This document shows positions 61,913 through 64,000 of a DNA stretch of 64,000 nt, piece by piece. Each line of letters starts with the position of its first letter. Position 1 is the first letter of the stretch. Below the pieces are notes generated by a model that worked only from the letters and a program-made list of their open reading frames with translations, did no database searches and was not told where the DNA came from. The DNA is from Clostridia bacterium. GTDB lineage: Bacteria; Bacillota; Clostridia; CAKSNL01; HGM11501. Made by a program: the position numbers and the translations under genes. The stretch lies in assembly GCA_045588365.1 (NCBI GenBank), contig JAZNEB010000012.1, positions 1,245 through 65,244 on the forward strand, in the 5' to 3' direction.

Positions 61913-64000
61913 ATGATAGTTGACAGAAATAAACTATCCGGCATGATGAGGCAGTATCTTGCCACAAAAGATGAATATCCCGATGCCATACTGATGTACC
62001 GTGTGGGGGACTTTTATGAAATGTTCTTTGACGATGCAAAAACCGCATCGGCTGCACTTGATTTGGTGCTTACGGGAAAAGACTGCGGTCTTCCTGAAAG
62101 AGCGCCTATGTGCGGTGTGCCCTTTCATGCGGCAGATAACTATATTGCAAGGCTTGTGTCAAAGGGCTTCAAGGTGGCAATATGCGAGCAGGTTGAAGAC
62201 CCGAAGGAAGCAAAAGGCCTTGTTAAAAGGGATGTTATAAGGGTTGTAACTCCCGGTACAATTACAGATGATGCGGTATTAGATTCACGTCCCACAAACT
62301 ATATGTGCGCCATAGAGAAAAGGGACAAGGTTACAGCTTTAGCCGTTTCTGATGTATCTACGGGAGAAACCCTGGTTACTGAATTTTTAAATGACGAATT
62401 TAATTCGGAACTTTTCGGGGAAATTGACCGCTTTGCCCCGGTTGAAATAATTTTGGGAAGCGGTGCTATATCTGACGAAAAACTGGTTTCTTACATAAAC
62501 AGTAAAACCAAGGCACTTTGTTTTTCGTGTGATGAAAGCTATTTTGATTATAACAATGCAAAGGAAATACTCCGTGAACAGTTCGGAAAAGAAGCCGACA
62601 AGGTTCTTTCTAGTGAAGTTCTGTCAGGAGCTTTAAGTGCTCTTTTGTCCTATGTAATGGAAACCCAGAAAGTTCCCCTTACCCATATGAAGGAAATTGA
62701 ATATTTTACTGCCAACCGCTTTATGGAAATAGGAAGCGTTGCCCAGAAAAATCTGGAGCTTGTGGAAAATATGCAGGACAAGTCCAAAAAGGGTACGCTC
62801 TTAAGTGTCCTTGACAAAACCTGCACCACCATGGGTAAAAGAACAATCAAAAGCTGGATTTTGAGACCTTTGATTGATACGCTTAAAATAAAAAGCAGGC
62901 AGGATGCAGTGGGAGAAGCGGTTGACAAGCTTTTGCCCAGGGAAAATATAAGAGAAATTTTAGCTTCAATTCTGGATATCGAAAGAATAGTAAGCCGTGT
63001 GTCCTTAGGAACAGTAAACCCCAGGGACCTGGTGGCTCTTAAAAATTCACTTATGCTTTTGCCTAAGCTTAAAGCCGAATGTGAGAAATTCACTTCGGAT
63101 TTCATGAGAAAGCAAACTGAAGATATTGAAATTCTTGATGAGCTGACAAGCCTTATAGATATGGCGATAGTTGAAAAGGATATACCTCTTACAGTTCGTG
63201 AGGGAAAGATAATAAAAGAGGGCTTTTCCGAGGAAATCGACTATTATAATAATTTAATGAAAAACAGCAAAGGAATTCTTACTGGAATTGAGCAAAGAGA
63301 ACGTGAAAGAACAGGAATTCCCAAGCTTAAGGTGGGATACAACAAAGTCTTCGGTTATTATATCGAGGTTTCAAATGTAAATTTAGACAAGGTTCCCCTT
63401 GATTATGTAAGAAAGCAGACCTTAACGGGTGGCGAAAGATTTATAACGGAGGAGCTTAAAGAGGTAGAAAAGGATGTTCTTTCTGCATCCGAAAAGGTTA
63501 TTCGCCTTGAATATGAGGCGTTTATGCTGGTAGTATCGAAAATAGCCGAGAAAATAGGAAGCATACAGAAAACCTCGCACGCAATAGGCATTATAGACGT
63601 TATATGCTCTCTGGCTCATGTGGCAGTTAAAAATTCTTACGTTATGCCTGTGGTTGACCAAAGTGAGTGCCTTGAAATTAAAGACGGAAGACACCCTGTT
63701 GTGGAAAAGCTTCTGGATAGTGAAATCTTTGTTCCCAATGATACCTATCTTTCGGGAAAAGAAGACTCAATGGCTATAATAACGGGACCCAATATGGCGG
63801 GTAAATCTACTTATATGCGTCAGGTTGCCTTAATTACAATTATGGCGCAGATGGGCTCCTTTGTTCCTGCATCCTTCTGCAGGGTGGGTGTTGCAGATAA
63901 AATTTTCACCCGAGTAGGAGCATCTGACGATTTATCCTCGGGCAGAAGTACATATATGGTGGAAATGAGCGAGGTTGCGGAAATTGTAAATTCCGCCACA
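61913..64000 (+). CDS. mutS: DNA mismatch repair protein MutS (C-terminally truncated by the window edge)
   Basis: MutS_I motif GDFYEMFFDDA with PMCGVPFHA, connector, core and clamp regions, and Walker A GPNMAGKSTYMRQVA near the window end. The ORF is open to position 64000. Confidence 0.93.
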   Translation, partial: MIVDRNKLSGMMRQYLATKDEYPDAILMYRVGDFYEMFFDDAKTASAALDLVLTGKDCGLPERAPMCGVPFHAADNYIARLVSKGFKVAICEQVEDPKEAKGLVKRDVIRVVTPGTITDDAVLDSRPTNYMCAIEKRDKVTALAVSDVSTGETLVTEFLNDEFNSELFGEIDRFAPVEIILGSGAISDEKLVSYINSKTKALCFSCDESYFDYNNAKEILREQFGKEADKVLSSEVLSGALSALLSYVMETQKVPLTHMKEIEYFTANRFMEIGSVAQKNLELVENMQDKSKKGTLLSVLDKTCTTMGKRTIKSWILRPLIDTLKIKSRQDAVGEAVDKLLPRENIREILASILDIERIVSRVSLGTVNPRDLVALKNSLMLLPKLKAECEKFTSDFMRKQTEDIEILDELTSLIDMAIVEKDIPLTVREGKIIKEGFSEEIDYYNNLMKNSKGILTGIEQRERERTGIPKLKVGYNKVFGYYIEVSNVNLDKVPLDYVRKQTLTGGERFITEELKEVEKDVLSASEKVIRLEYEAFMLVVSKIAEKIGSIQKTSHAIGIIDVICSLAHVAVKNSYVMPVVDQSECLEIKDGRHPVVEKLLDSEIFVPNDTYLSGKEDSMAIITGPNMAGKSTYMRQVALITIMAQMGSFVPASFCRVGVADKIFTRVGASDDLSSGRSTYMVEMSEVAEIVNSAT

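Noticed and set aside
1-64000. CRISPR arrays, rRNA genes, IS transposases, integrases
   Set aside because: No short direct-repeat/spacer arrays were found. There are no rRNA-like conserved stretches and no transposase or recombinase-like ORFs. The only mobile-like signatures are the 17-bp direct repeat and the GC-rich palindromes reported above.

Overview
This 64 kb window is a chromosomal segment from a spore-forming, low-to-moderate-GC Firmicute (Clostridia, probably Oscillospiraceae/Ruminococcaceae-like); spoIVA and spoVAEB are present. About 57 protein genes, one tRNA-Leu(UAA), and several clear sigma-A promoters and rho-independent terminators can be supported from the sequence. Housekeeping genes include a 5'-truncated clpC, prmC, polA-coaE, ilvE, rpmE, murJ, csaB, ispE, spoIVA, a livJHMGF branched-chain amino-acid ABC transporter, asnS, miaB and a 3'-truncated mutS.

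The most unusual content is listed below.
- An 11.5 kb transporter-like locus (3923-15496) encodes a 1013-aa signal-peptide solute-binding protein that lacks a lipobox and carries an inserted CxxC...CxxC zinc ribbon. It also encodes two pairs of sugar-type ABC permeases, an NHL-repeat/TPR/Yip1 membrane protein and a 785-aa secreted protein of unknown function, with no ATPase gene.
- An AT-rich 2.5 kb insertion (22227-24800) is bounded by a perfect 17-bp direct repeat. It carries a gene of five tandem zinc-ribbon repeats fused to a Vsr/DUF559-like nuclease fold, plus a 239-aa orphan protein. A split GNAT acetyltransferase, a P-loop kinase-like protein and a second DUF559 gene follow it. The second DUF559 gene is flanked by inverted GC-rich palindromes, and a third related palindrome lies after asnS.
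- A small ferredoxin:thioredoxin-reductase-like protein, thioredoxin and rubrerythrin form a compact operon next to tRNA-Leu.
- Two translationally coupled half-size TauE/SafE genes sit directly upstream of spoVAEB.
- An XRE repressor is divergent from a 171-aa protein with an RNxxxH (HEPN-like) motif, and the shared intergenic region has a consensus promoter and palindromic operators.

Several genes are disrupted. glxK has an in-frame TGA, and the zinc-ribbon gene and livH each have a single-nucleotide frameshift. These are either genuine pseudogenes or homopolymer/consensus errors in the assembly. No CRISPR array, rRNA gene or recognisable IS transposase was seen.
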